Under the pieces are notes generated by a model that worked only from the letters and a program-made list of their open reading frames with translations, did not search any database and was not told where the DNA came from. A stretch of 64,000 nt of DNA from contig NC_087436.1 in the NCBI RefSeq assembly GCF_036321535.1, positions 87,918,001 through 87,982,000 on the forward strand. Reading direction: 5' to 3'. The translations under genes and the position numbers were made by a program. The stretch is from Camelus dromedarius (Eukaryota). Shown piece after piece: positions 1 to 12,924 of this stretch. The first letter of the stretch is position 1, and each line of letters starts with the position of its first letter.

Positions 1-164
1 TCCACCCAGTATCTGACTTCAGACCCAAGAGACCTAGAGCCAAATCACTCAGCGGAATCCTTCCTTAATTCCTGATGCATTAAGAACACCGAGATAATAA
101 ATGATTGTTGTTTCAGGCCACAAAGTTTGTGGATGATCTTCTGCAGCAGTAGCTAACTGAAACA
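1..164 (+). mobile_element. MaLR (MLT1-type) LTR, 3' end
   Basis: GAGATAATAAATGATTGTTGTTTCAGGCCACAAAGTTTGTGGATGATCTTCTGCAGCAGTAGCTAACTGAAACA resembles the recalled MLT1 LTR 3' terminus (AATAAA ... CA). Confidence 0.65.
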
Positions 165-512
165 ACTGAGCTAATTTCTGGTAGAAATGTAATGAGTAAG
201 TATAGTTTAGATGAGAACACAATTTCATTTTCCATTCACCTGAATCAGAAACATACATTAGGTCAATAATGAATAAAGTATACCAAATTTTTATTCCCCT
301 GGAATTTGCAAACTTTTCAGCACTGCTTTTTTAAGGGATTGAGCTATTTATTGTATGTGGATTTATTTACCGAGTCACATTCATATAATTATTAAATATT
401 CAGAGACGTGTACCTTTCCTAATCCCTACAAAACACCACTTACTTGTAATTGTACTTAAATATTGCAAACAATAAAATGACAAAATCAACGAAGATGCAT
501 GTTCCTTTAAAT

Positions 513-518
513 TTTATT
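513..518 (-). promoter_or_regulatory. OCIAD1: OCIAD1 polyadenylation signal (AATAAA)
   Basis: AATAAA on the minus strand about 475 nt after the stop codon, followed downstream by a U/GU-rich tract (CTTCGTTGATTTTGTCATTTTATTGTTTG). Confidence 0.65.
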
Positions 519-992
519 TACCATAAACATTTAAGAGAATACAGCAAACACTGGAGAAAGCCTTTTTAATTATTTTTGATGTAAAGTTTCACACTTAAAA
601 TTATGCTCGCTCCCCCCACCCACCCCAAGTGAACATGCAGGTATCATTTACTCCCATATATGGTGATTCTAGAGCATTACACTCTCTTGATACTTTAATA
701 ACAGAGTATCCTGTTTTCATTGAAGCAGTATCCTTGCCCTGAAACCCAACTGTGTACAATCATGGCCTAATACCATCATTCAAAGAGTTCCCCAAAATGA
801 ATATTCACACAATGTTAACATTGAAATCTGTTTTTAAAACATCATTTTAATAAGCCAAACCACAAAAACTCAGGTTCTAGTTTAAATGTGTTTATGAAGA
901 CTGCTGCTGAGCTCAAAGCATGCAGATGTTCACGACCACCTAGATGAAGCTGGACAGTGAAACTCCTTCAGTAGGTCCAATGATGCAATTTT

Positions 993-1030
993 TCACTCAT
1001 CCCAAGTATCTCCATATTTGTTTACTTTGA
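993..1030 (-). CDS. OCIAD1: OCIAD1 last coding exon (V)KVNKYGDTWDE*
   Basis: Acceptor tttttcctag|TC AAA GTA AAC AAA TAT GGA GAT ACT TGG GAT GAG TGA; 38 nt; matches the OCIAD1 C-terminal NKYGDTWDE motif; phase fits the previous exon. Confidence 0.96.
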
Positions 1031-1431
1031 CTAGGAAAAAAGCACAAATAGTTGATGATTCCAAATAGTAATAAGTAAAAGGCACTATTTTGTTTGCTAC
1101 TATTACGGTTTAAAGTTATGTTTCTCTCTCATTTGATAAGTGCACATGAGAGTCAAATGACCCCCATTCTAAGGAAAACAGATTAGTAACTTGCCCAAGG
1201 TACAAGCCTAATGGAACAGGTAGAACTGAAGTCTGAACAAAGGTCTGTTTAGGTCCAAAGCCTGGGTGCCTTTACAACTTTATCATACCAACTAAGTAAG
1301 CGTGGTATATATTTATAGCACATACAAAAAAGTTAGCAGCAAATGAAAAGTAACAACAATAATAAACATTCAAATGTTGTTTTTCACACACACACAAAAA
1401 TTGCATTAGTAATGGTCAAGTCTTCAGATTC

Positions 1432-1568
1432 GGGTTTTTCAAGATATTTTTGTTGTTGGGAAAGGTATAGGTTTATTTATTTATTTTTAAATGGAGGTAC
1501 TGAGAATTGAACCCAGGGCCTTATGCGTGTTAGGCACACCCTCTACCACTGAGCGGTATCTTCCCCTC
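1432..1568 (-). mobile_element. tRNA-Ala-derived SINE (camelid Vic-1-like)
   Basis: Minus strand reads GAGGGGAAGATACCGCTCAGTGGTAGAG...CCTGGGTTCAATTCTCAGTACCTCC then an (AAAT)n tail; perfect 15-bp TSD CAAGTCTTCAGATTC at 1417-1431 and 1569-1583. Confidence 0.9.
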
Positions 1569-1767
1569 CAAGTCTTCAGATTCTGATTAACCTTCTCTCC
1601 CATGAGCTGTTAATACTAGTACAAGGAGGAAATATTTTCCAATATTCTTGCATTCTACATAAAATTGTATTTTGAAACATGCTCTTCTGTCTTCTCTATT
1701 TTACTTCTTAGCCTCTCTTCTACGTAGCCTTGCGAATCACAGCTCTTCAGAAGGTAACAACGTAAAG

Positions 1768-2060
1768 CAGCAGTTATCAAAGTATGACTGGGGGACCCCT
1801 TCCCCAAGACTCTTTCAGTGAGTCTCTGAAGTCAAAACTACCCCATTGTTACAGTGAGACATTACATACCCTTTCCCCTCATACCTTGCCTTTTCCCCTT
1901 GCTTTTCCTTCCCTTATGAGTAGAAGGCAGTTTTCATGAAGCTACATGATGTGTGGTGACATCACTGCTCTGACAGCTAACTGAAAATTCCTCCCGTACT
2001 TTCTAATTAGATAAAAAACAAATACAATCCACATAAACTAAAGCTGGAAACTTTGACACT
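1768..2060. mobile_element. hAT-Charlie family DNA transposon relic
   Basis: CAGCAGTTATCAAAGTATGACTGGGGGACCCCT...GAAGTCAAAACTA resembles the recalled Charlie-type terminal sequence; boundaries approximate. Confidence 0.5.
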
Positions 2061-3574
2061 TTCTGACCCAGTAAATCTACATTGTACTGTCAAATTTCTG
2101 TCTAGATTCTAGAACAGAACATTCTACAAAATCACTGAAACTGTTTCATAACTGGTTTTTTCTTTATAAGCACACAAACACACACAAAAAGCTTTTCACA
2201 AAGAAAAAAATTCTTTTGGATTACTGTGTCACATAAAAGAACTTGAAGCCTGTTCACAGCCAAAACCACAAATGTCCAAATCCAGCAAATGCCACACATC
2301 TATCATATTCCCTTTTCTTAACCTTTATTACTATAGGAGGCCCAACCAAAACATGCAATTTCTGACATATTAAATCATGGTACTATGCTATGCAGATATA
2401 TAATTGAAAAGATTACAAAATGAGAAAGCTACTACTGCCTGCTCTCATGGAGCTTACAGTCTAAATCCTCAAATTGATTAGCAGAACAGAGTACTGGTAA
2501 GTCTTTACATGTTACAGAGTCATGGCCACTGAATACATAAGGTTTACACTAAATTTCTTATGACAAACATTAACAAGTACTGATCACAAATCTATTTTAA
2601 AGCTAGATTTTTTTACATCAATAATAGGACAGAGATGGATGAGTGTTATAAAACAGAATTCTAAATGAAATAACCATTAACGATCAGAAATAAAATTGGC
2701 TCTAAAAGAATAATCATAATAAAAAATAGTAAGGATTTTTGTATTTTTGCATTCTCTGTGGCATAACAACTCTCAAGAAGGTACCAAGGACCTATTCCTT
2801 CCTCAAATTTTTAAAGTAGTAAATAGAAAACATTGAAACAATGACACATCTTCAAAAATTCCTCAAAAAACACATCATAAAAATTCTGTACTGAAATAGC
2901 TACGAACCCCCATTCAAAATGCCCTCTTTCATTAGAGGTGAACTGCTGCGTCAGAAAACTTGCTTTGGGTAATGCGAAGCTGCTCCAAAAGGACTTAAAA
3001 GAAACTGTACTTTTAAAACCTATAATTAATTATAGAGGGAAAGTACTGTTAAAAAAAAAGTCAAACTCCCTTTTTGGAAATGCCATAAAGCTGATTTGTA
3101 AGGCATATAACTCTATCTCAATTCCACAGACATATAAGAAAATCATTTTATTACTCAGTCATGATTCTGTGGTTCTGCCAAAAGTGGCATTACAGCCCAA
3201 TTATCAACCCTAGGTCACCAGACCTGGTTTTATGCAACAGATGCATCATTTAAAAAATGACATTAATTCCCAAGGTGGCTTCTTAAAAGGAAATAACAGT
3301 CAAATGCTTGCATAATTTCTACAGTGTATTACAAAATTTGTCTGTCTTAATTCATACTACTATTTGGACTTCATTATTTTTTTCTAACACAAAATGGCCT
3401 TTGGAACCCTTTAAAAAAGGAAGAATTGATAACTGTTAAGTAGCTATTCTCTTAAATGTTATTTTGGTTAATTGCCTAAGGCATTAAATCACATGTTAGT
3501 ATAATTAAAGATTTTAACTAATGCTACAGTTTCCAATCCTAAAGAGCAAAGTGATTCAGACTAGACTATCATAC

Positions 3575-3727
3575 CTTCTTTTTTTGGCATTCTTTCCTGC
3601 ATAGGCCTGACTGAGGGGTCAGTCTTATGTGTTAAAGTAACTTCATATGACTCTCTGTTCTTATTCCTTAATTCCTCATATGTAATATTTTTTCTTTTAG
3701 GACTTTCTTCAATGTTGGGATCAGGTC
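3575..3727 (-). CDS. OCIAD1: OCIAD1 coding exon 7 (G)PDPNIEESPKRKNITYEELRNKNRESYEVTLTHKTDPSVRPMQERMPKKE
   Basis: ttttag|GA CCT GAT ... AAA GAA G|gtatga; 153 nt; contains the conserved ITYEELRNKNRE motif. Confidence 0.96.
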
Positions 3728-6136
3728 CTAAAACAACAAACAGTTAATAAATGGTGATAAAAGGATTTGAATAAATCCAAAAGCAACTAAATTTTATAAA
3801 TGCTTCTTACCTACAAAAAAAAAAAAAAAGAATAAAGTAAAATGAAGGATCAAATTATTACCAGCATTCCAAAGGTTCTGTTTTTTCCCCAAGGTACTTA
3901 TAAAACTAAACTCTACTTCCTCTTACACTTCCAAGCTTTAATTTCTAAAATTTAAAATCAACATTAAAAAAACTTAAAACTAACCATGGCCAGAAGAAGA
4001 ATGGATATAAGATATACCAGCACAAACAATTCACTCATTAAAATGCTAGTGTTTTAAACTAGGAACGTATTCATATAGTTTATATAATTAAAGAGAAATA
4101 TACCCTACTAGTAACAACTGAACAAAACCTGACATAGTGTAATTTTATTTAGTAATACTTCCATAATTAAGTGTTCCTATAAAACAGAATCTAAATAATG
4201 CAAACAACTCTAGGTATTAAAAAATTTATTTTACCCTCTTTATATTTAAACAAAAATACTTGAAAATAGCTATTGAAAAGTATAAAACATAGCCTTTAAT
4301 CACAGCATGCATCATTTTCACTCCGGTCTAATGGATGCAACACTGAGGCAGAAAAAGTAGCAACTTTTGCCTGGGGAACCAGCATTTATTCTTTATCTCT
4401 CCCACAGAAAGTCAAAGTATGAATATATATTATCAAAGAGTCAAACATTATAAAATAAGGAAATGGTTAATCTTAATACTGGTTGAGAGGACCAAATATT
4501 GAACACAGTTTATAAAACATACAGTCGGCAAGAAAGGCCATATAAACATTTTTAAAGAAATTAACTAATGGTAACATAACATTCAGTGAACTACTTAACT
4601 AGCAAAGTCTTACACACTACTCCAAAAGTATTATTTTTCAGAGGTTTTTAAGGAGACACAGAAATTGGGCATATCATTTTAATAACATAGCCATATTAAT
4701 TAAAATATTTTTTAAAACCTTTGTAAGTGGTACTATTTAAGAACTCAATGGTAAGGTCCCAGTAAATAATCATAATTTTCAAAGCAACATAACTATACAG
4801 TGAATGTTTTCAACTACAACTTTTATTTTGCTACAAAGTATACTTGCACTGATACAAAGCACAGAGCATTTAAATTTCCAACTAGTTCTAATACTATTAT
4901 ATACCATGGTTGAAAACCAAATTTTTCTTGCTAAAAAAAAATACAAAAGAAAGTATTATAATCTTATGCTGGGTTTAAAAGCACTTTGCATTTCATTAGT
5001 AATAAGTAACTACTGAACTCATGTCCCTTCACCACAAATGATGTATTGTAAATTCTGAAGGAGATCATGTGTGCTAGATTAGTGGTTAGGGACTCTGGGT
5101 TCTCATTCCCACTCTGCCAACAATGTCCTTGGGCAAATCACTAAGCTTCTTTGAATCTTGAGTTTATCAATTGTGAAAAATGGAAGTTTGAACTAGCTGA
5201 TCTATCAATAAAGTTCCTTCTAGGTTTAAAATTTTTTCTTACTAAAGAGAAAACTATTTCATCATTCTGAAATTCTGTGACAAATAATGAAAACAAATCA
5301 GACAGAAAATTAGAGAGCTTTTTTCCGACTTATAAAAGCCAAAAGAAAGTATCTTCCATTGTATAGGGAGCATGATTGACTATAATGACCTGGAAGGAAC
5401 AAGAAAATGTAAAAAAGCATTGATTTAAATCTAACTGTAATAAGCTATCTATGATAAATCTCGTAACAACTATGAAAGAGTGCTTTCTACTTTGAAAAAT
5501 TAATAACTCTTTCAATTCCTGGTAAGACAATGCAGAAGACAAACAGGACTTAAAAGGGAAGGATGTCCTGATAAGGGAGGACTGCAGGTAGTGCAAAGCA
5601 AAGGAGGCCACTGTGGGCCCATGTCGGGGGACAAAGAGTGGCAAATTTGACTTAGAGGAGTCGGAAGAGCAGAGCATGAATGATGGATGGCTGCAGTGAA
5701 TGACTTAAAACATTAAAATATGGGCTGTGCCATAGTCTGTGGGCAGATACCAAAAGGCTTTTTTGGTTTTATTTGGCAAAGAAATTATGTAACAAAGAAG
5801 AATGCAAGACATTAAAAGGGAAGAGTTGGTGCATGACTAGAACAGAAGTAGAATGGATCTGAACTTGGGAGATGGAAAATGGGAGATGCAGTAAGGAACA
5901 AGGACAGCAGACTTTGGAGATAAAATAATGAGTTTAACCTCTCCTAATCTTCCTACCCCCTTTCCTTTCTGACTAATCAGATGTCTTTGTTTCCAACCAT
6001 TCAGGAAAACAAAAAGTTGAGAATTAAGAGATTCTCAACAACTTAATCTCTTTAATTACCTTAACTTCCATTCTCTCCTGCTACTTCTGCAAAGGTCTTC
6101 TACTCATCCCTCCCTCACCCCAACTTTTGCTCTAAA

Positions 6137-6315
6137 GCAGTGCTGTCTTTCTATAATGGTGAGACTGTTCTGTATCTGCACAGTCCAACACAATAGCTAT
6201 TAGCACATACGGCTACTGAGCAATTGAAATGCTGCCAAAGCAACTGAGGAACTGAATTTTCAATGTGATTTAATTTTAATCAATTTAAACAGCCAGATAT
6301 AGCTAGTGGCTACTT
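6137..6315 (+). mobile_element. MER3-like hAT MITE
   Basis: GGCTACTGAGCAATTGAAATG...CAACTGAGGAACTGAATTTT...GCTAGTGGCTAC matches the recalled MER3 consensus. Confidence 0.7.
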
Positions 6316-7712
6316 TATACCCTGACCTACCTAGAACCCATTCTGCATCATATGGAACCTTACTTGACCTATAACTGACACCTCTCTCTCCACTATATTC
6401 CCTCCCTCCCTTTAACCTACATATAGATTCAAATCTCTCCCATCTTAAACAAAATGAAGACCCAAATTTTCCCTTAAACTTGTTTGTTCCTCATTGTTAC
6501 TGGCATAGTCTACTTATTTCAAAGCAAGTGTTTTCAAAGAATACTCCATAAAGTTGACAATCTCTTATTCAAACCCTTGGAGTCAGAAATGTTTCAAAAA
6601 TTCAGTTTCTCAGATTTTAGAAAATTATTACAGTATATATCTTATTACTTAATGTACATTGAAGGAAGTAGCAATGAATAGCATACACATTAATATTTCT
6701 ACAACAAAATCTAGAAAAAACGTATTAAGATAAATAAAGACAACAGAGTTATATCAGTTTTTAGGTCAGGGTTTAAAATGAGTTCAGATCTGCCTTTATC
6801 ACTGATTTATTTAAAAAACTGTTTTTTAAAAAGTGTTTTGGATTTTAGGATTTTAGATAAGGAATTGCAGACTTGTACTTTCTGTTTCTAATTCACTTTT
6901 CCCTGCAAATTAGACTGAAGGAAAAAAGAAGGAAGCAAGCAAGCAAGCTAGCTAACATTTGTTGAGAGCCTATTCTTTCCAGGCATTACCTCTGATTATT
7001 TCATCTCATCCCAAAAGTTCTTTAAGAGATGGATTATCATCTCCATTCAAGAGATCAAGAAACCAAAGGGATCAGAAATTACAGTTACTTGCCTAAAGTC
7101 ATATTGCTAGCAAATGTCAATCAGGATTCAAATCCAGGCCTTAATTCAAAGGTGATACTGTTTCACTTACATTATGCGATCTTCAAAGCTAGTATTTACA
7201 CAAACTTCACAAAGCACTTTCACATGGATTTTCTCACTTGACAACAGTTCTGTAAGGCAGGTAATTATTTTTCTCACATTACAAAGAAGCTAAGGTGAAG
7301 TGGCCTTCAAGGCTACCCTAACACATGTAACCTTTTTAAAGACTCCCTGAGGCACAAACTGTCATTTCTTCTTTGCTATTTCAGTAAACTTGGTTAGTAT
7401 TTTCAATTAACAGGACATTTGAATAATTTATCCTTATATTTCTCTATCTTCTAGCAGACTGAGAGTGCTTCCCAGGGACAAGAACCAGGTCTTATTCATC
7501 TTTACTTCCATACCTAACAGAGTGCCTGATACCTATTGAACCCTCCAAAATGTTGAATGAATGAAGCATGAATTCAAATGAACAGATAACACACTGAGTT
7601 TAGGCTGATGGTGGAACATACAGGTGATATCCAGCAGAAAAGGTCATCAAATAAAGTTTATACATACGTTGGACCCTAAAATGCTGAAATTCATTTCAAG
7701 AGAAGTTTCTAC

Positions 7713-7888
7713 CTTGGGCAATATGATCAGTAATACCAGTGGGAGTAGATTCATTCATAGAAGCACTGAATGGAATTGGCTCATAATGAGGAAGCATCTC
7801 TTTTTCTACGTTGTCCGGAGCTGGGGATGTCACAAAAGATGAATGACCACTCACATTTGAGTCATATTTTGACTTTTGAGAATAGTGC
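7713..7888 (-). CDS. OCIAD1: OCIAD1 coding exon 6 (G)HYSQKSKYDSNVSGHSSFVTSPAPDNVEKEMLPHYEPIPFSASMNESTPTGITDHIAQ
   Basis: ttttctttTATAG|G CAC ... CAA G|gtagaa; 176 nt; lies within ORF 7696..7905; contains the YEPIPFS..MNES.PTGITD motif. Confidence 0.95.
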
Positions 7889-8792
7889 CTATAAAAGAAA
7901 ATCATATTGTATAAGAAACAGGGGTTACTGTCTACATCTTATTTAAAGAAGTGTGTTAAGGTATGAAATTAGTTATCTTATTTTCTAAAGGAATCATATG
8001 CTTTTAACATAGTTATTTAAACCAGTAAGATGAAGTCTGTTTCTTTCTGCCACAAAAACATTAAAAATATGCCCTGACCTACTTTTACAACTTAAAAATT
8101 ATCACTCCTAATACAAGAGAAAAATGTATATCCTATTTTCTAATTACTCTGCTCCAGAGATCACTTTGTGTTTAAAGCTCTTGGAAAGAAAAAGTACTTC
8201 AGATTAGAAAATGTGTCAATCTCCCACATTAACAGAGAAGTTGCTGCCACAGGTAGCAGTCCAAATAAACACTATTTTACTAAAGCAGATGTAAGTAATA
8301 CTAGCTCTCATGGAGTTTATGCTGCTTGCCATTTATAACAGGACAATTTATCTACCAAATCCACTTAATTATTTATCTACCTATCCAGACATACAGATTC
8401 ATTTATCTATGTTTATACAATTTCCCTACAATTTTAAACAATCAGGACTAAAAAGTTGAAACCTGTTAAGAGATGGGACTGAAGTTTGGAAATTAAAAAC
8501 AAAAAAAATGTCCAAAGTATAGTAACCAAACATGTTTGCCAAATTAAAATCTCTCATTCTGGGACATGCACTCCCAATAGGATGCAACTCTATATTTGAA
8601 ACAAAAGTAAACCAATCCTGTTCTACTTTTAAAAACAAAATACCTTGAGCTTGCAGCAAAATGGCAAATTTCCAATGATCCTTCAGTTAGGCAATGTTTT
8701 ATGCCCCAAATTATGGCAATAGATAGTACTAGCTCGTTACAATTTTTGGCTAAAATGAAAAAACCTTTAATAAAAATCTGAATCTGGCCTAC

Positions 8793-8928
8793 CCAGTGGG
8801 TGAAGATCGTCGTGCCTGTCCTGATCGTAAAGCTTCTCCAAGAGGGGAATTCTCAAGATTCTTGAACTTTTCTTGGCAAGTTTTCACGTAAGAAAGTTTT
8901 CCAGCAAAGTATCCCATGATGCAAGCAA
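8793..8928 (-). CDS. OCIAD1: OCIAD1 coding exon 5 (F)ACIMGYFAGKLSYVKTCQEKFKNLENSPLGEALRSGQARRSSPT
   Basis: tttttacaaataag|TT GCT TGC ... ACT GG|gtaggc; 136 nt; C-terminal part of the OCIA domain (GKLSY..TC..KF..L.NSPLGEALR). Confidence 0.96.
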
Positions 8929-9958
8929 CTTATTTGTAAAAATAAACAAAGTGTAACTCAGTGCGCCTCTTTAGATAAATATCTCTTCTAAAAGAACATT
9001 TTAAAAAAATGTGGCTCTAAATATGTCTTTGGTGTGGAAGAACTGAGATTTCCTGAAATAATGGTAAAAGTACCACATTAAATCAGATTTAAAGTTCACA
9101 GAATGATTCCGTGGATATAATTCACTTTCACAAAATAAGCTAAAATAAAGCTGCTATCGGATAAATAAATTCCACTTTACTAATTAATATATTAATATAG
9201 ATAGGAAACATGTGGTAACAGTATAATAGAGCGAGGAATCAAAACTACACAATTCTAGCCTAGTCACAGGGATTTAGGTCATTTCATTTCTTGTAAAATA
9301 GGAATCATACTATTTGCCTAGCTAATGTCATAAGACTGTTTTCTAAATCAGGTGCAACAAATCCCTTAAAGTAATGAATTCCAAAATGCTACCTAAATGT
9401 GGCTAATGTTGCATCTTATGTCTGTTTCCAATACAAAAGAGACACTACCCTGCAAAGATTCATAAAAGGCCTCAGGTACTCTTTTTTAGGGCAATTTATT
9501 ATCTTTAACAATATTATAAAATGTAAGAAAGCTATGCTTATAAATGTAAATAAATTATGCTTATTTACTAAATGTAAATTAAGGAGTTTTTTAAAAATTA
9601 GGTTTAATTTTAAAATACACTTTATTATGATTAATCAGAATAGCTGGACAACTTTCTTTCCTCAGAGATCAAGGGAACTTAATTTCAAATATTGTATCTT
9701 TACAAAATAATTTATTATTTTAATAGTCCTATTACATTACAAAAAGAGAAAAAAAATGCCTCTTTCAAGTAACTCATGATTTTTAATTCTAATAAAAAAG
9801 TGCCCAAGTTGTCCATTTATGAAAAGCTTAAACAAAGTGATTTGTCAAAGCAAATAACCAAATAACTGTTATTAGTAAGATAAGACAAAACACTTGACAA
9901 AAGCTAGCTATTTTACTTAGGTAAAAAAGCTAAGAGAACTAGTGTTGTTCATACTTAC

Positions 9959-10006
9959 ATATAAGTTTAGGGATGGAACCATATTTCGGATGACTTGAAA
10001 GAATTC
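9959..10006 (-). CDS. OCIAD1: OCIAD1 coding exon 4 (G)ILSSHPKYGSIPKLI
   Basis: tctttag|GA ATT CTT ... ATA T|gtaagt; 48 nt; phase 1-1. Confidence 0.96.
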
Positions 10007-10369
10007 CTAAAGATAAAATAGTAAACATTTCTGAGTAACATTGTTATATTTACATAAGTAAGATGTTTTATCTTTTATTAAGATAAAAGAATAGGTTTAT
10101 GCCAAGTTTATGCTAAGAGTACATATGAAAATGGCACAGAAATTATGGTAAAAAATGCGAAGAAACTACTTCTGCTAGTCATTATTTGGTCTTTTCTAAC
10201 AGGAGAGTAATAAGTAGTAATAAGTTTAGCAATGCAGTATAAATTAAGATAAATCTATTTCTCAGCAGCTCTGAGCAGCCCAAAGATACAAGAAAATATC
10301 AGTACAGACTATCTAAATGCTATCTGACAACACTGGCTCTTTCCATAACACCAAAGAAGTCTAAAGCTC

Positions 10370-12190
10370 TTTAAAAGAGAATTCAACATCAGGAGAAATA
10401 TGAAGAAAACTCTAATCTATTACGATAGGTGAATTTAGCGAGGCCACTTGATACGAGGTCAATAAATAAAACAAAAACAGAAAAAACCCACATTATTTCT
10501 ACATACCAACAGACAAAAAACTCAACATTTTTAAAAAGATACAATTTATTATAGCACCAAAAAACATCAAAGACCCAGTAATAAATCTAATGAAAAGTAT
10601 GAAAGATCTTGAAAGCTACAATTTACTGAGAGAAATGAAAGCTAAATAAAAGGAGAAATGTACCATGTTCATGAGTTCAAAGATTAAATATTGTAAAGAT
10701 GGTAATTCTCCATAAATTCACCTATAAATTCAATGCAATCCCAATTAAAAGCAAAGGAAGTATTCCCCTAAATTGAAAAGCTTATTTTAAAAATCATGTG
10801 GAAACAAAGGATGAAGAAAAACCAAGGCAACACCGAAGAACAATATAACTGAAGAAATGACTACCACCAGATATGAAGATAAACAATAAAGCGGTAGTCA
10901 TTAAGATGGTATGTTTTAAAGTACAAGAATAGACAAACTGACCAAAACTAGGAAAGAGTCCAGAAACAGACCCACATATACAGTCACTTGATTTATGACA
11001 ACACTGCACTGTAGTGAACAAAGAACAGTCTTCAAAATATAGTGCTGGGTCAACCACGTATCTGTACGAAGAAAAATGTACCTTGATGCTACCTCATACA
11101 ATATTCAAAAGTGATTCCAGATGACTTGAAAATTTAAGTATGAGAAACACAATAAAACTTATGAAAGAAAGCTTAAGAAATTCTTCACGTCCTTATAATA
11201 GACAAAGATCTTAAAGGGACCAAGAAAAGCCCTCATCTTAAGGAAAGATTTGATAAACTGGACTCTATTAGGATCTACAACTAATCAGAGTGGGAAAAAA
11301 TACCTGCAATACATATACCTGACAGAAGACTCACTTCCAGAACGTAGAGAACTCTAACAAAACTATTAGGAAAAGGCAATCCAATGGAAATAGGGACAAT
11401 GGGCTTGAACAGACACTTCACAAAAGAGGATATATTTCAAATGGGGTATAAACAAAAAATGTCTTCAACTTCATTAGCCATCAGGGAGATCTAAATTAAA
11501 ACCACAATGCAATCAGCATCACTGTCCACTACCACAATGGCTAAAATTTAAAAGACACAAAAATAGCAAGTGTTGGTGACAATGTGACATAAATAGAACT
11601 CTACTAATAAACTGATAGTGGGAGTGTAAATAGATCTAAACAGTTTGGAAAATCCAGCAAAGCTACACATAGACATAATCTATGACACAGCAAAAAGTCT
11701 ACCAAGAGATATCACATTCATGGCAGAACATCAAAAATGTAACATCAAAAATGAAAACTATATAATCATCAATGTACAATAGGATGGATAAACTGCTATG
11801 ACACAGTCACATACTGGAAAACTATATGCAATGAGAATATATCATTTACCACCACATGCAAAAATGTGGATGAATCCTGTGATGGGCTGGTAAACCAGCT
11901 CTTCAAATAGAAAGCCCTGATTTGTAATGTCAGTCGATTTCTGTGGTGTAAACACCTGCACTGTGACCAATTTTGAGCTACCAAGGGTTTAAAACTTGGC
12001 TTGCCAAGTTCCTGAAATTTTAACAGTCAGCTCTCTGGAGCTGGTACAAGCCAGTTCCAGCATACCACTAGATGAATCTCAGTGTTGAAAGAAGGTACAC
12101 AAAAGATCGTATCATGTATACATAAGTGCATGATTTAATTTTATATAAAGTATAAAAACAGTCAGAACTGATTTATGCTGTTAGCCTCAG
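10370..12190 (+). mobile_element. Old L1 (L1ME-like) 3' ORF2 and 3'UTR fragment
   Basis: A-rich decayed L1 ORF2 motifs (ACCATGTTCATG...AATATTGTAAAGATGGTAATTCTCC...AATTCAATGCAATCCCAAT) and an L1ME-like 3' end (CTGATTTATGCTGTTAG); interrupted at 11877-12070. Confidence 0.8.
11877..12070 (-). mobile_element. MER63-like hAT-Blackjack MITE nested in L1
   Basis: Imperfect TIRs CTGTGATGGGCTGG / CCAGCATACCACTA; perfect 8-bp TSD GATGAATC (11869-11876, 12071-12078), the hAT signature length. Confidence 0.8.
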
Positions 12191-12447
12191 TTCCTTCACT
12201 TAGACAGCTGAGGTGATGAGGAGAAAAGGGAGGATGATAATAATATCTATATTTATACAAAAAAGTTGTTCCTTTATTCTGTCACCAAATACCTACAGAC
12301 CACTTGTAACACACAGGCACTACATGCTAGGAAGGAGGAATGTAACAGTAAACAAGACACTCGTCACCCTCGCAGAGTTTATACTCTGGAGGGTGAATGA
12401 AGACAAACAGAACACAGTGTGATGGTTGCTATTCTCCCAATGAAAAC

Positions 12448-12924
12448 CAGGCATAACTCAGAGATATTGCAGGTTCAGTTCTAGATCACGGAAATAAAGC
12501 AATAAAGCAAATCACACAGATTTTCTGGTTTCCCTGTGCAGATAAAATTTATGTCTACACTATACTGTAGTGTATTAAATGTGCAATACTACGATGTCTA
12601 AAAAACAAAGTACATACCTTAACTAAAAAATACTTTCTTACTTAAAAATGGTAACTATCATCTGAGCCTTCAGTGAGCTGTAATCTTTTTGCAATAGTAA
12701 CAAGGATCACTAATCACAAATCACCATGACAAATATAATGAAAAAAGCTTGAAATACTGCAAGAATTACCAAAATGTGATACAGAGACAATAAAGTGAAC
12801 AAATCCTGTTGGAAAAATGGTGCCAGTGAAGACTTGCTCAGTGCAGGGTTGTCACAAACCTTCAATCTGTTAAAACAAACAAACCCACAATATTTGCAAA
12901 GCTCAATAAAATGAGGTATACCTG
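12448..12924 (-). mobile_element. Tigger1-derived non-autonomous element (internal deletion)
   Basis: TIRs CAGGCATAACTC ... GAGGTATACCTG followed by TA; both Tigger1 termini present with the transposase region missing. Confidence 0.85.
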
